A stretch of 64,000 nucleotides of DNA, taken from Candidatus Marinacidobacterales bacterium (GTDB taxonomy: Bacteria; Acidobacteriota; Vicinamibacteria; Marinacidobacterales; SMYC01). Made by a program: the position numbers and the translations under genes. Each line of letters opens with the position of its first letter. Positions within the stretch are counted from its first letter, which is position 1. Where the stretch lies: contig CBDCYI010000004.1 in assembly GCA_965224085.1 (NCBI GenBank), forward strand, positions 256,001-320,000, read 5' to 3'. Under the pieces are notes generated by a model. It was not told the DNA's origin, searched no databases, and saw only the letters and a program-made list of their open reading frames with translations. Shown here piece by piece: positions 46,990-57,046 of the stretch.

Positions 46990-47258
46990 AAGAGGCCTTT
47001 GAAGAGATGGAAGGGGGTTTGGTACGCGGGCTGAATCATTGCCAGACCGGCAAGCTCCAGATCTTCAAGTTGCTGGCGGATCGCAAGATGCAGCTCAAGG
47101 AGGATTTCGATCTGAAGCACTTCCACGACCAAATCATCACCCTGGGATCGGTTCCATTGTCCCTCCTCCGGTGGCAAATCACCTGCCTAGACGACGAAAT
47201 GGACAAGTTTTGGAACCCGGTAAGACTCTCCTCCATCTTGGAGCCGGTCTCGAACTGA
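46990..47258 (+). pseudogene. C-terminal remnant of a DUF885-like protein
   Basis: GKLQIFKLLADRKMQL..FDLKHFHDQ..GSVPLSLLRW is homologous to the C-termini of 50535-52328 and 63357-64000. Confidence 0.75.
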
Positions 47259-47366
47259 GCTCCGCGTGCGAGCCGTGTTCTTCGCTAGCGCCGCCGTTCG
47301 TCCGTAGACTCTGCCATGATGAAGACCATCGTCGGAGCGGTTCATTGGGACCGTTTGCGAGTACGG

Positions 47367-49106
47367 CTACCTCGCTTCATCCCCGGCAAGCTCTCGAGCC
47401 CGGGTGCGCAGCAGTTCGAGAGAGGGATCGAGCGCGAACGCCGACTCGTACATGGCGGCCGCCTGCTCACCATCTCCCCGGACCTCGAAGATAAGGCCTA
47501 GGTTCGCGTAGGCGGCTGCGAGAGAAGCGTCACGGGCCACCGCCTCCTCCAGCACCGGCTCGGCCTCCAAGTACCGTTGCTGGCGAACGAGCGCCATTCC
47601 CAGATTGACCAGGGCGGGAGCGTAGCTGGGCGCGTCCCGCACCGCTTTTCGAAACTCTTGCTCGGCAGCGGACAAGTCATTACGGGCAAGGAGGATGGTT
47701 CCCAGAAGGTTGTGTGCCTCGGGGTAGGCGGGTGCGATCTGGACCGCTCGCAAAAGAAGCCGTTCCGCCTCGAGGTCCTCACTCCTTTCCAAAAGGAGCG
47801 ACGCGTAGTTGAAATGAGCCTTGGCGCTCGCGGGCGACGTCCGAACGGTGGCGGCGAACAAGGTTTCGTCGCTTTGCCAGTCTCTGTTTCTCAACACCGC
47901 GACCCAGAGATTCGCCACCAGAACAAACACCACCAGTACCAGAGTCGCTGCCCTCCACGGGAGGGCGCGGCTCATGCCTTCTGAAATGGCACATCCGGCA
48001 AGAAGGCAGAGCCCCACCGAGGGGAGGTAGAGCACGCGCTCGGCCATGATCGTCCCGATGGTGAACAACACGTTGGAAACCGGCGCCAGCAAGAGAGAGA
48101 AAGCGATGAGGGCCAGTGCTGCCAAGGGGGCTCGACGCCAAAGCGCCACCACGAGCACGGCGCACGAAGCGGCGATGAGGAGGGCGAGGAGCCGTGGATC
48201 CGTCCAGGACTGAATGAGAGGTATCTGGCGGTAGGAGTAATCCGCCGAAAGAGGATAGGGTACGAGGAAGAGAAGGACGTACTTCGCCGCCACCCACAGC
48301 GTCGTCGCCACCCCCTGGAGGGGAGCGGCTTCCACCAGAGGATTCTCGATGTATCGGGTGACGGCTCCGGAAGCACGGACGCCGCCCACCGCCGCGAAGC
48401 GCAGCAAGGTGTAGCCGGTGAGGGCGAGGCCGAGCGCGACATAGAGGCCGCGCCTCTGGTTCAGAAGATGACCTGGCCGAGAGGAGAAGGATTGCTGTGG
48501 AGCGTTGGCTCTGAGAAGGTCACTCACCACGATAACCGCTAACAAGGCGACGGCGCTTTCCTTGGCGAGAAGGCCGGCCACGAAGAGAAGCGCAATCGTA
48601 AGGGAGCGCCGTAGCGGTAAAGAGGGGCCTTCGAGCGAAAGGCACCACCCGGCCAGCACGAAGAACGCGGACAACAGATCGGCGCGTCCGAAGACGGGAG
48701 TCACCGCTTCGGTGTGGACGGCATGCACGGCGAACAGGGCCGCGCTCGTCACCGTTACCACAGCCGAACAGGAGAGCCGCCAAACGAGAGCCGCCACCAG
48801 GAGGCTGTTGGCGGCGTGAAGGACGATGTTGGTGACATGGTACAGGAAAGGACGGAGTCCGCCGAGGGCGTAGTTCAACGCGAACGAGTAGATGGTGAGC
48901 GGCCGGTACCATTCCACCTGTCCGTGAGTGACCGAGCCCTGACTCAACGAGGGCAAGGGGCTCAACGAGCGCACGAGGTCGTTGCGCACCACCTGGGCGT
49001 AATCGTCGTAAACGAACTCGTTCGAGGTGGTGTTCAAGTAAGGAAGGGTGGCCAGCACCGCGACCCCCGCCGCCATCGCAGCGCCGCGTCGGTTCGGTTT
49101 CGGCAT
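47367..49106 (-). CDS. TMTC-like GT-C glycosyltransferase with C-terminal TPRs
   Basis: FVYDD, YRPLT, HTEAV..GRADLL, KE, LSADYS and AERVLYLPS motifs, then TPR repeats. Confidence 0.85.
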   Translation of the reverse strand: MPKPNRRGAAMAAGVAVLATLPYLNTTSNEFVYDDYAQVVRNDLVRSLSPLPSLSQGSVTHGQVEWYRPLTIYSFALNYALGGLRPFLYHVTNIVLHAANSLLVAALVWRLSCSAVVTVTSAALFAVHAVHTEAVTPVFGRADLLSAFFVLAGWCLSLEGPSLPLRRSLTIALLFVAGLLAKESAVALLAVIVVSDLLRANAPQQSFSSRPGHLLNQRRGLYVALGLALTGYTLLRFAAVGGVRASGAVTRYIENPLVEAAPLQGVATTLWVAAKYVLLFLVPYPLSADYSYRQIPLIQSWTDPRLLALLIAASCAVLVVALWRRAPLAALALIAFSLLLAPVSNVLFTIGTIMAERVLYLPSVGLCLLAGCAISEGMSRALPWRAATLVLVVFVLVANLWVAVLRNRDWQSDETLFAATVRTSPASAKAHFNYASLLLERSEDLEAERLLLRAVQIAPAYPEAHNLLGTILLARNDLSAAEQEFRKAVRDAPSYAPALVNLGMALVRQQRYLEAEPVLEEAVARDASLAAAYANLGLIFEVRGDGEQAAAMYESAFALDPSLELLRTRARELAGDEAR

Positions 49107-49207
49107 TAGAAACCCGAGATGGCCATCTCAGTTTATCACGGTGAGGAGGTAGGGACGGCGTCGTCGGGCCGTTCGACAAAGCCTGTTGCGGCCGATCGCG
49201 TGCCCTT

Positions 49208-50521
49208 TTATTGAAGGACCTCGAGGGCCAGCTCGGCGTAGAGACGGGCCTGCTGGGCGAGTGAGTCGATATCGACCCACTCGTCCGGGGCGTGAGAGTT
49301 GCCGCCCCTGGTGACGCCAAACGAGACCCACTTGGACCCGAGATTCCAAATGTCGGGCCGGCCACCGCCGGCGGACATCCTCCACTCGGGCTTCCGACCG
49401 GTGTAGGAGGGAGCGATCTCGAAAATGGCGGCAATCAAAGGGTCTTTTTCGTTCAGCAGCTCCCAGTAGTGGTCGGGAACCTTCTGTGTTCCGATCGTCT
49501 CGATCTCGACGTGAAGGTCCGGGTCCTCCCGGTTCATCTGCTCCATCAGATTCCCCAGCTCCTTGAGGACACGCTGGGGATCCTGATTAGGGAACAAACG
49601 GATATCGATGTCCGCTTCGGCGTGGTCCGGTACCATGTTGACCTCATAGCCGCCGACCACCTTGTTGACTTCGACGAACGGCTTTCCTTCTCCTTCGCTG
49701 GACACGTAGTTGGCGAAGAGAGGGTCCGCCTCCCACCTCATCCAGCGATCGACGTCCAGTACGACGGGAATGATCTTGGCAAGCTTGTGAATGGCGTTCA
49801 CCGGCGCCCTTCCCTCTTCAACGGTGGCACCGGGATGGGCCATGTGTCCCTTCACGATCAGTTTCAGCCAGATGTGACCACCGGCCCGCTTCACGATGTT
49901 GCCGCTGCCGCCCCCGGCCAGATACCAATCGGCCTGGATGAGCTCGGGACGCTTCTCCACCACCCAGGGTAGGCAGAACTCGGTGCCTCCCTCGCCGGGA
50001 ATGAAGAGCAGGATGAGGTCTCCCTTCAGAGCGACTCCGGACTCCTTGAGAACACGTGCGCTCTCGATCATTGCGGCGACCGAGCCTTTGGAGTTCGTCG
50101 CGCCCCGCCCCCAGATGCGGCCGTCCTTAATCTCCGCACCCAGCGGATCGACCGACCAGAGCGATCGTTTCCCGATGTAGACGGTGTTGTAGAGCTGGGT
50201 CATGCCGAGCGCCGGCTTTCCCTCCGAGCCCTTCAAACGGCCGGTCACCGCCGGGAAGTCCGACTCGGCAGGGCGCACCACTTCGAGCTGAAGCCCAATC
50301 TTGCGGATCTCCTCCGCGATAAACTGGGCGATCTCCTCGTGATTGTGGGTCACGTTGCGTTCGTACTCGCTGTTGATGCGGACCATCTTCTGGGTCATCG
50401 CCACGATCCGGTCTCGATCCACCAGATCCATGGGAGAAGACGTTTGCCCGAGGCACGGCAACGAGGCCAGTGCCAGGATCAGCGTCGAGAACGCGAGACT
50501 CATAGGGAAAAGTCTTGGCAT
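49208..50521 (-). CDS. Exported M20/ArgE-DapE-fold protein with degenerate metal site
   Basis: W.VDP..DGRIWGRG..KG, dimerisation domain and HAPDE; most ligands substituted. Confidence 0.85.
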   Translation of the reverse strand: MPRLFPMSLAFSTLILALASLPCLGQTSSPMDLVDRDRIVAMTQKMVRINSEYERNVTHNHEEIAQFIAEEIRKIGLQLEVVRPAESDFPAVTGRLKGSEGKPALGMTQLYNTVYIGKRSLWSVDPLGAEIKDGRIWGRGATNSKGSVAAMIESARVLKESGVALKGDLILLFIPGEGGTEFCLPWVVEKRPELIQADWYLAGGGSGNIVKRAGGHIWLKLIVKGHMAHPGATVEEGRAPVNAIHKLAKIIPVVLDVDRWMRWEADPLFANYVSSEGEGKPFVEVNKVVGGYEVNMVPDHAEADIDIRLFPNQDPQRVLKELGNLMEQMNREDPDLHVEIETIGTQKVPDHYWELLNEKDPLIAAIFEIAPSYTGRKPEWRMSAGGGRPDIWNLGSKWVSFGVTRGGNSHAPDEWVDIDSLAQQARLYAELALEVLQ

Positions 50522-50534
50522 GGGGCGTCTCCTT

Positions 50535-52328
50535 TTACGGCTCGTTGCCAGGAGGGTCCGGCAGGGGAAGTGACGCCGCCTGCCAGAGTTTTTCCATCTC
50601 GTCGTCGAGGCCGGTCATCTCCCAACGGGAGAGTGCGATCGGAATCGAGCCTAGCGCCAGGAACTGATCGTGGAACTCCCGGAAATCGAACCGGTCGGCC
50701 AACTGCATCCTCCTGTCGGCGAGCAATCGATAGATCTGGGTCAGACCGAGCATGCAGGTGTCCGTTGTACCCCGCTCGATGACCGGATAGGTCTCCTCGA
50801 AAGCCTCCTCCGGCCGAGCGCCCAGGCTGGGTCCCAGATTCGGAGGCAGTCGATCGGTCAACCACTCGAGCGCCTCCTTCACGGTTAGCTGTCCGTCGAG
50901 GAGGCGGATACCCTGGAGCACGCGCAACGACCGCTGGTACATGTTGACGTAGACCTGCTCTCGAGCTCGCGGACCTCGCACGTACGGGAAATCCAGCATG
51001 AGCGGCATCTCTTCGTTGTAGAAGCACCATCCCTGACTGTGCACCGGGTCCCGATGCCCCCGGCGTACCGGGCAGGGATTGCGCCGGTGAAGCTCACGCT
51101 CAAGGTAGTGCCCCGGATAGTACTCGTGCATGTGAAGCACTCCGGGTGCCGTCCGAAAGCCCATGTTCGAATACTGCCACTTCCAGTGGTCCACGGGGTA
51201 GATGATGATCCGCCTCGCGGGCTCCTCCGGAGTTCCTCCCTGCGCGTCTTCTTGACGCTCCGGGAAGTACATCTCGCCAAAGGGGGGCTGAAAGAGGCCC
51301 ACCGACGACTTCACCGGAAGCGCGTAATCCGGCTCGGTGAGAAGGTCCTTGTAGAAGCGCCGGATGCGAAGCGAGGTCTCGTCGTCCCAGGCCAGGTACT
51401 TCTCCGCGGTCTCGGCCGGTCCAATCTGGGGCAGGTAGCGGTTCTTGAACTGCTCGAACTGGAAGAAGGAGAGAGCGCGAGCGCGCTCCATCGCCGCCAT
51501 AGCGAGAAGCTCATCGGCGCCGTGAGGAACGAGCCGCACGCGGCGAAGATGCCACGTATAGGTGTCCTTACCCAGGACGTAGGAGCCGCTCATCTGCGCT
51601 CGGCTCTCCTCCAGCCACTCGCCGAAAGCGGACAGGGCTTTGGCCGCCCGCGCCGCGGCCGGGCCAAGCTCGCTCGCCTCCGGCTCCGGAAAATGAGGCT
51701 TCATCAACTGGACCCAGTCGGCGTAGTCCCGCTCGATGTCCTTGAGACCGCGCGATTGGTTGAAGTCGATGAGGTAGCCGCCGCCGGGATGGCGGAGGGC
51801 CATGTCGGCGAGCTCGGGAACCGCCTCGGTGAGATTCGCGGGCGCCTGGTTCAGAATCGCTTCGGTTTCGGCCAGAGCCTTCAAAATTGCCTGGACACGC
51901 TCTCTCGGATAGGGAACGGTGCCGGGGCGCACGCGCCGGCCGGCAATCAAATGACGGCGCACGTTTCCGATCGCCGTTTGCGTGTAGAAGACAGGGCTCC
52001 GGCTCCAGGGACGAAGAACGTGCAGGCGAAACACTTCCGCATCCATCTGGGAGCGGAGCAGCAGGTAGTCCACCTGGGCGTGAACCGAGAAGCTCCGGAC
52101 GTCGGGCAGCCGAGACAAACGCTCCTGGAACTCCCGGAGCTCCGCGACCTGTCGGGCGGCGCGATCGGCGTAGTCAGCTATGCCGTCGGGTGGCGCTCGC
52201 CATTCCTGAAAATCCCGGGCGAGCTTCAGAAGTTCGGCCGGGTGCTCGAGCTGGGCCGTCTGCCCGCCGAAGAGCACCGTGACCGGAAGCAGCACCAGAA
52301 GCGCCAGTGGGGTAACGGTCTCTCTCAT
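50535..52328 (-). CDS. Exported DUF885-family protein
   Basis: HEYYPGH, QGWCFYNEE and FREFHDQFL..GSIP motifs; signal peptide. Confidence 0.85.
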   Translation of the reverse strand: MRETVTPLALLVLLPVTVLFGGQTAQLEHPAELLKLARDFQEWRAPPDGIADYADRAARQVAELREFQERLSRLPDVRSFSVHAQVDYLLLRSQMDAEVFRLHVLRPWSRSPVFYTQTAIGNVRRHLIAGRRVRPGTVPYPRERVQAILKALAETEAILNQAPANLTEAVPELADMALRHPGGGYLIDFNQSRGLKDIERDYADWVQLMKPHFPEPEASELGPAAARAAKALSAFGEWLEESRAQMSGSYVLGKDTYTWHLRRVRLVPHGADELLAMAAMERARALSFFQFEQFKNRYLPQIGPAETAEKYLAWDDETSLRIRRFYKDLLTEPDYALPVKSSVGLFQPPFGEMYFPERQEDAQGGTPEEPARRIIIYPVDHWKWQYSNMGFRTAPGVLHMHEYYPGHYLERELHRRNPCPVRRGHRDPVHSQGWCFYNEEMPLMLDFPYVRGPRAREQVYVNMYQRSLRVLQGIRLLDGQLTVKEALEWLTDRLPPNLGPSLGARPEEAFEETYPVIERGTTDTCMLGLTQIYRLLADRRMQLADRFDFREFHDQFLALGSIPIALSRWEMTGLDDEMEKLWQAASLPLPDPPGNEP

Positions 52329-52389
52329 TCTCGGCACCCTCTCTTACCGCTTGGCCAAAGGGAGACAAAGCAAACCGGTCATGAGCGCT

Positions 52390-55300
52390 CTAGAACAGGA
52401 GTCGAACGCCAAACCGCGCCCGGCGCGGCGGAACGATCGCCTCGGGCTCCAGGAAGTTCGTCAGCCCGAACCGTTGCTCCTGGACGTGGGTCACCGCCCC
52501 CGAGTTGAGAACGTTCAGCACGTCGAGGGTGACACCGATACGCACACCCCGGTCGAACTCGAAGAACTTCTCCACTCTCAAATTGAGGAGGTTCTGGAAG
52601 TCGACGCGGTGAGTTCCGCGAGGCTCGACCGCGACGTCGACCCGAGATTCCCGGTACCTGACTCCGTCGGCGTTGTTTTCCGGAAAGTGGATACCGCGCC
52701 GGAACTGGAAGAACGTCGCCCCCGGCAAACGCGAGCCGAGGAGCAGGTTGGCGGGGAACCCCGTTTGCCCGAGATATTGAGCGGCGAGGTTGATTTCGTA
52801 GGGAGCGACCCAAGAGAAGCTCAGCTTGAGGAGGTGCCGCGCATCGAGGGAGAGAGGACCGTCGCGGTTGATCAGATCGTTCGGGTTCCTCACGTTGAGC
52901 GAGAAACTGTCGTTGAAGTGGGTTCCGAGATTCCCGGTGCTGTCGCCCAGCGTGTAAGAGCCGAACAACTGCCAGCCATCGCGAAATCGCCGCCGGGCGA
53001 CGAACTCGACGCCCTTGTACCGCCGCTCGGCCAGATCCGAGTTCGAGCGAAAGCTGCCCGACGCGGTGAAGTCCGGCCTCACGAGGAAGATGTTCATGGG
53101 CTGGTTGTCCACCGGGTTCACCACCGATACCTCATCATACGCCTGGTCAAAGGGCCGGAGCGGATCGGTGGTCGCATACAGATCGCCGGCTTCCTTGTAC
53201 ATGCCGGTAACGCTGAAGGAGAAGTCGGCTCCCACGCCGAACTCGAATCCCACATTGACGGAATCGACGTACGGCTGTTGGAGATTGGGGTCGTGGGTGA
53301 CGGTGCCAGCAAACTCTTCCGGACTGACGACGCTATTGGAGATGAGGCGTCCCTCTTCGCCAGCCACGAAAAACAAGTCGCCATTCATCTGATCGAGAGG
53401 AAGACCCTGGCAGGAAATGGGGTTTCCGGCCGCGTCCCGGCAATCGTTCCAGTCGAATCGGGTCAAACGAGAGCTGTTGGGATTTCCGCTGCCCGCGCCC
53501 CCGATCCTGTCGTGCCAACGGCCGAAACTTCCCTTGACGATGAACTTGCCCTCGCCGGTGACATCCCAGTTGACCCCGATACGCGGAGCGATCGTGTTCC
53601 AGTTGATGATGTCGCGTCGTTCCGGCCAGAGGAAGTTGGGATGGTAGCAGTCTCTCGGGAAGTCCACGGTGTTGCCGTCATAGTCGGGACTGAAACCGCC
53701 CGGCACCACGTCACATCCGCCACGCTGCTCGGGCGTCCAGCCGTTGGAGTGCTCGAACCGGAGTCCCAGATTCAGAGTCACGTCGCCGGGAAGGCTCCAG
53801 CTGTCCTGAGCATAAAGCGCGATGATCCGATGCTCGTCCTGCGTGTCGGTTGGCTGCTGGTAGATACGGATCTGGTCCGGCACCGCGCAGTCGAGTGAAA
53901 AGCAGTCCGAGGCGCTGTCCAGATACTGTCGCATTCCGTCCGGGATCACCCGCCATCGTTGGCTCCAGAACTTCTGATGGTGGAAACCGAATTTGAAGTC
54001 ATGGTCGCCGGCCAAGTCCTTCTTGAAGTAGCTGAAGGCGCTGCGGATATCCCAGTGGTCCCGCCCATCGAAGCGGCCGCGAAGCTGATTCCACGTCCCG
54101 TAGGCGATCCCACTTCCGCGGTCTTCGTAGCCGCGCACTTCCGCGGGATCGTAGGAGCCGAACGGGAACGTGTTGTCCTCGTTGACTTTGAGCCAACCCC
54201 ACTGGGCATCGAAGATCATGCTGTCGCCGATAACAGAGCTCCATTGGGCGCTGTGGGTTTTCGGCTTCCAGAACTGTTTTCGCCAGGCGCGCTCATCGAA
54301 CCGGAACTTGGATCCGGGGTTGGACGGACGCATCCAGCGATCTTGATTGTTATAGGTGTAGCTAAATCGGCTGTTGGGAAGCGGCTGCCAAGTCCCCTTG
54401 ACCAAGAAAAGCTTCTTTCTCTCATGGATGTTGGCCTCGCTACCCAAACGGTCACGGGTTGATAAGGCGGGATAGTTGGCTTGTGCCAACTCGTTGGTGT
54501 TACGGTTGAAGTCGAAGAAGAACCAGAGCTTTTGTTTGATGACCGGGCCACCGATATTGCCTCCGAAGTTCTGGTCGCGAACGATGGCGTTCTGCTCTTG
54601 GGCGAGTCCCGAGGTGTTATTTGAAGAGACCCCCTCATCGACGATGTAGTAGTAGGTGCTCCCCGCGAAGTCGTCCCCGCCCGACTTGGTGATGAAGGTG
54701 AAAACGCCGCCGCTCGCCATGCCGTACTCCGCGGTAACGCCACTCGTCGACGCCTGCGTCAGCTCCAGCGCCTCGATAGAAAACTCGGTGCCGGAGTAGC
54801 CCGAGGGGTGCTTGGTGCTTTGACCGTCGATTATGTAGTCGTTGTCACGAACGCTGCTCCCGTGCACCGCCTGTGTGAGGGAGTAGGTATAGCGGCTCCC
54901 AGTGGTGACGCCGGGCAAGGTAGTGAGGACATCGGCGTAAGAGCGCTCGATGGGGACGTCCCTGATGAGGTCCTGATCGACAGTGTACGTTGTCACCGAG
55001 CTGCGCACATCGATCACGGGCGTCTCGCTGGTCACCGTCACAGTCTCTTCCACCGTCGTGATCGTGAGGGTTATGGGTACAGCGAATGAAACACCCGAGT
55101 CCATCGTGATCCGCTCCACCGTCAATGTCTGGAACCCCGACAAGCTCGCCTGGACCGCGTACGTGCCCGGTAGTAATCTAGGTACTCTCCACTGGCCGCG
55201 GTCATCGGTCACCGCTGTCCTCGAACCGCCGATGAGTTGAGGGCTGCTGACCGCAAGGGTCACACCAGGCAACACGCCCCCAGTAGAATCTTTCACCGTT

Positions 55301-55428
55301 CCGTAGAGCTCCGCCGTAGTTTCTTGAGCCCCGGCAGTTATCGCGTGGCACATGAATGCCAGAACCGCGGCTGCAGCCACGCCGGTACGGGGACTCCACC
55401 CTGCGGAACGAGTGTTCTCGAACACCAT
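52390..55428 (-). CDS. TonB-dependent receptor (Oar-like, N-terminal carboxypeptidase-regulatory-like domain)
   Basis: GTVKDSTGGVLPGV, AEYG..SGG..TKSG and APRIG motifs; C-terminal aromatic residue (RFGVRLLF). Confidence 0.92.
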   Translation of the reverse strand: MVFENTRSAGWSPRTGVAAAAVLAFMCHAITAGAQETTAELYGTVKDSTGGVLPGVTLAVSSPQLIGGSRTAVTDDRGQWRVPRLLPGTYAVQASLSGFQTLTVERITMDSGVSFAVPITLTITTVEETVTVTSETPVIDVRSSVTTYTVDQDLIRDVPIERSYADVLTTLPGVTTGSRYTYSLTQAVHGSSVRDNDYIIDGQSTKHPSGYSGTEFSIEALELTQASTSGVTAEYGMASGGVFTFITKSGGDDFAGSTYYYIVDEGVSSNNTSGLAQEQNAIVRDQNFGGNIGGPVIKQKLWFFFDFNRNTNELAQANYPALSTRDRLGSEANIHERKKLFLVKGTWQPLPNSRFSYTYNNQDRWMRPSNPGSKFRFDERAWRKQFWKPKTHSAQWSSVIGDSMIFDAQWGWLKVNEDNTFPFGSYDPAEVRGYEDRGSGIAYGTWNQLRGRFDGRDHWDIRSAFSYFKKDLAGDHDFKFGFHHQKFWSQRWRVIPDGMRQYLDSASDCFSLDCAVPDQIRIYQQPTDTQDEHRIIALYAQDSWSLPGDVTLNLGLRFEHSNGWTPEQRGGCDVVPGGFSPDYDGNTVDFPRDCYHPNFLWPERRDIINWNTIAPRIGVNWDVTGEGKFIVKGSFGRWHDRIGGAGSGNPNSSRLTRFDWNDCRDAAGNPISCQGLPLDQMNGDLFFVAGEEGRLISNSVVSPEEFAGTVTHDPNLQQPYVDSVNVGFEFGVGADFSFSVTGMYKEAGDLYATTDPLRPFDQAYDEVSVVNPVDNQPMNIFLVRPDFTASGSFRSNSDLAERRYKGVEFVARRRFRDGWQLFGSYTLGDSTGNLGTHFNDSFSLNVRNPNDLINRDGPLSLDARHLLKLSFSWVAPYEINLAAQYLGQTGFPANLLLGSRLPGATFFQFRRGIHFPENNADGVRYRESRVDVAVEPRGTHRVDFQNLLNLRVEKFFEFDRGVRIGVTLDVLNVLNSGAVTHVQEQRFGLTNFLEPEAIVPPRRARFGVRLLF

Positions 55429-55834
55429 AAGTACCTCCCTCTTAAACCCCACCGAAACCCGGCGAAGTAGACTAAGACAATGAATTAAAACTCCTGGGCA
55501 AGCACATGCAAGTTGTATTCCACTGCCAGCCACGAAAAATAACACAAAAGTCCATAGAAATAAACGTGTTAGATGGTCGTACCCCTGCCCGATACCCTTT
55601 CGTGTTCAAAAATTTGGATTTCATCCGACCGCCCAGACGGTAAGTCCGGACCCTCGATCAGATTAATCTTCTATCTGAGAATAGCTTGGAGGGACTAGCG
55701 ACTGCGAAATCCGTCGTTCAGAACGTTGGATCGGCGCCTTCGGGGGATTGGATATTGACCCAAATAGTCGGAATTCATTCCTCTTCCAGGTGAGACAGTT
55801 TCGTACCGATTCGCGCTTCTGTCGCTTCCGCCCC

Positions 55835-56865
55835 GAATCTCGCCGCCATCCTCCGAGACATCTAGCGAATCCAGCAAGTTGTGCACGCGGTTCTCATTAG
55901 TGGGGTCCACCGCCACCCGCGCGAAGTAGAACGGCCGCCAGGCGATCGGTCGCCGGGCACCTGTGTCATTCACGACTTCCCACGTATCGCCGCGGTCGTC
56001 AGAGCGCAGCATCACGCTGCGTGTGGCCTCGACCACCGCATAAACCACCTTGGGATTCCCCTTCGCGAAGTCGAGCCCCATGCGACCGAGCTCGCCCTCG
56101 GGAAGACCTTCTTCGGGGCTCAGTTGCTTCCAGTTCTCTCCGCCGTCATACGGCACGTGGAGCCCGCTCCCCGGTCCACCCGAGCGGAAAACCCACGGCC
56201 AGCGACGATGGTCCCACATGGCCGCAATGAGGTGATTCGGGCTCGCGGGATCCATCACGAGGTCGCCGGCACCGGTGGTCTCGTTCACGTAGAGCACCTT
56301 GTCCCAGCTCTTGCCCCCGTCGGTGGTCTTGTACACCCCCCGCTCTGGGTTCTCCGCCCAGGTGTTGCCGAGAGCACCGACATTAGGCAAGCTCCGGATT
56401 GCTCGGGTGGAGCACGACCGAGTCGATCGCGCCGGTCGACTCGAGTCCCACGTGTTGCCAGTTCTTGCCCCCATCCAAAGACTTGTATACCCCGGTGCCA
56501 ACCCCCGCCGAGTTGCGGCGACCCCCTTCGCCAGTACCGATCCAGACGAGATCTGGTACCGCCTGGTTGATGGCAATGGCCCCGATCGAGGTGGCAGGCA
56601 GGCTGTCGGTAAGTGGCGTCCAGGCCACGCCGCCGGAGGTGGACTTCCATAGACCCCCGGTGGCCGACCCCACGTAGATAATGTTGGGGTCCGCGTTCAC
56701 GGCATCAATCGCACTGATACGGCCGCTCATGCCGGAGGGGCCAATGCTCCGCGCTTTCAAACCGGCGAGCCCGGTGATGTCCGTCTGGGACCGCGCCGTT
56801 GACGCCGCGGCAAGGATGGTCACGAGGAAAATCGCCAAAAGGCGGGGGGAAAGATCCGCGTGCAT
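55835..56865 (-). pseudogene. VPS10/BNR-repeat protein, frameshifted near 56384 and 3'-truncated
   Basis: RSIGP..MSGRI and S.DGG..W repeats. GCC TA(A)T GTC breaks the expected ELAYVGALG. Homology ends at DVSEDGG. Confidence 0.85.
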
Positions 56866-57046
56866 CGTGGCTGACTCCCTGTATTGAATTTTGGTAAATT
56901 TCGTGCGTCCCCCCGGGCGTTGCCGCACGGAATACTACACCATCACCGCGAGGTCACATCACCTTGCTTGTGGCGATCAAAAAAATCGCCGGTTAAATGT
57001 CGCCGTTAACCAGGCTTTACCCCCCTAATCGGGCGGCGTTTGCACG

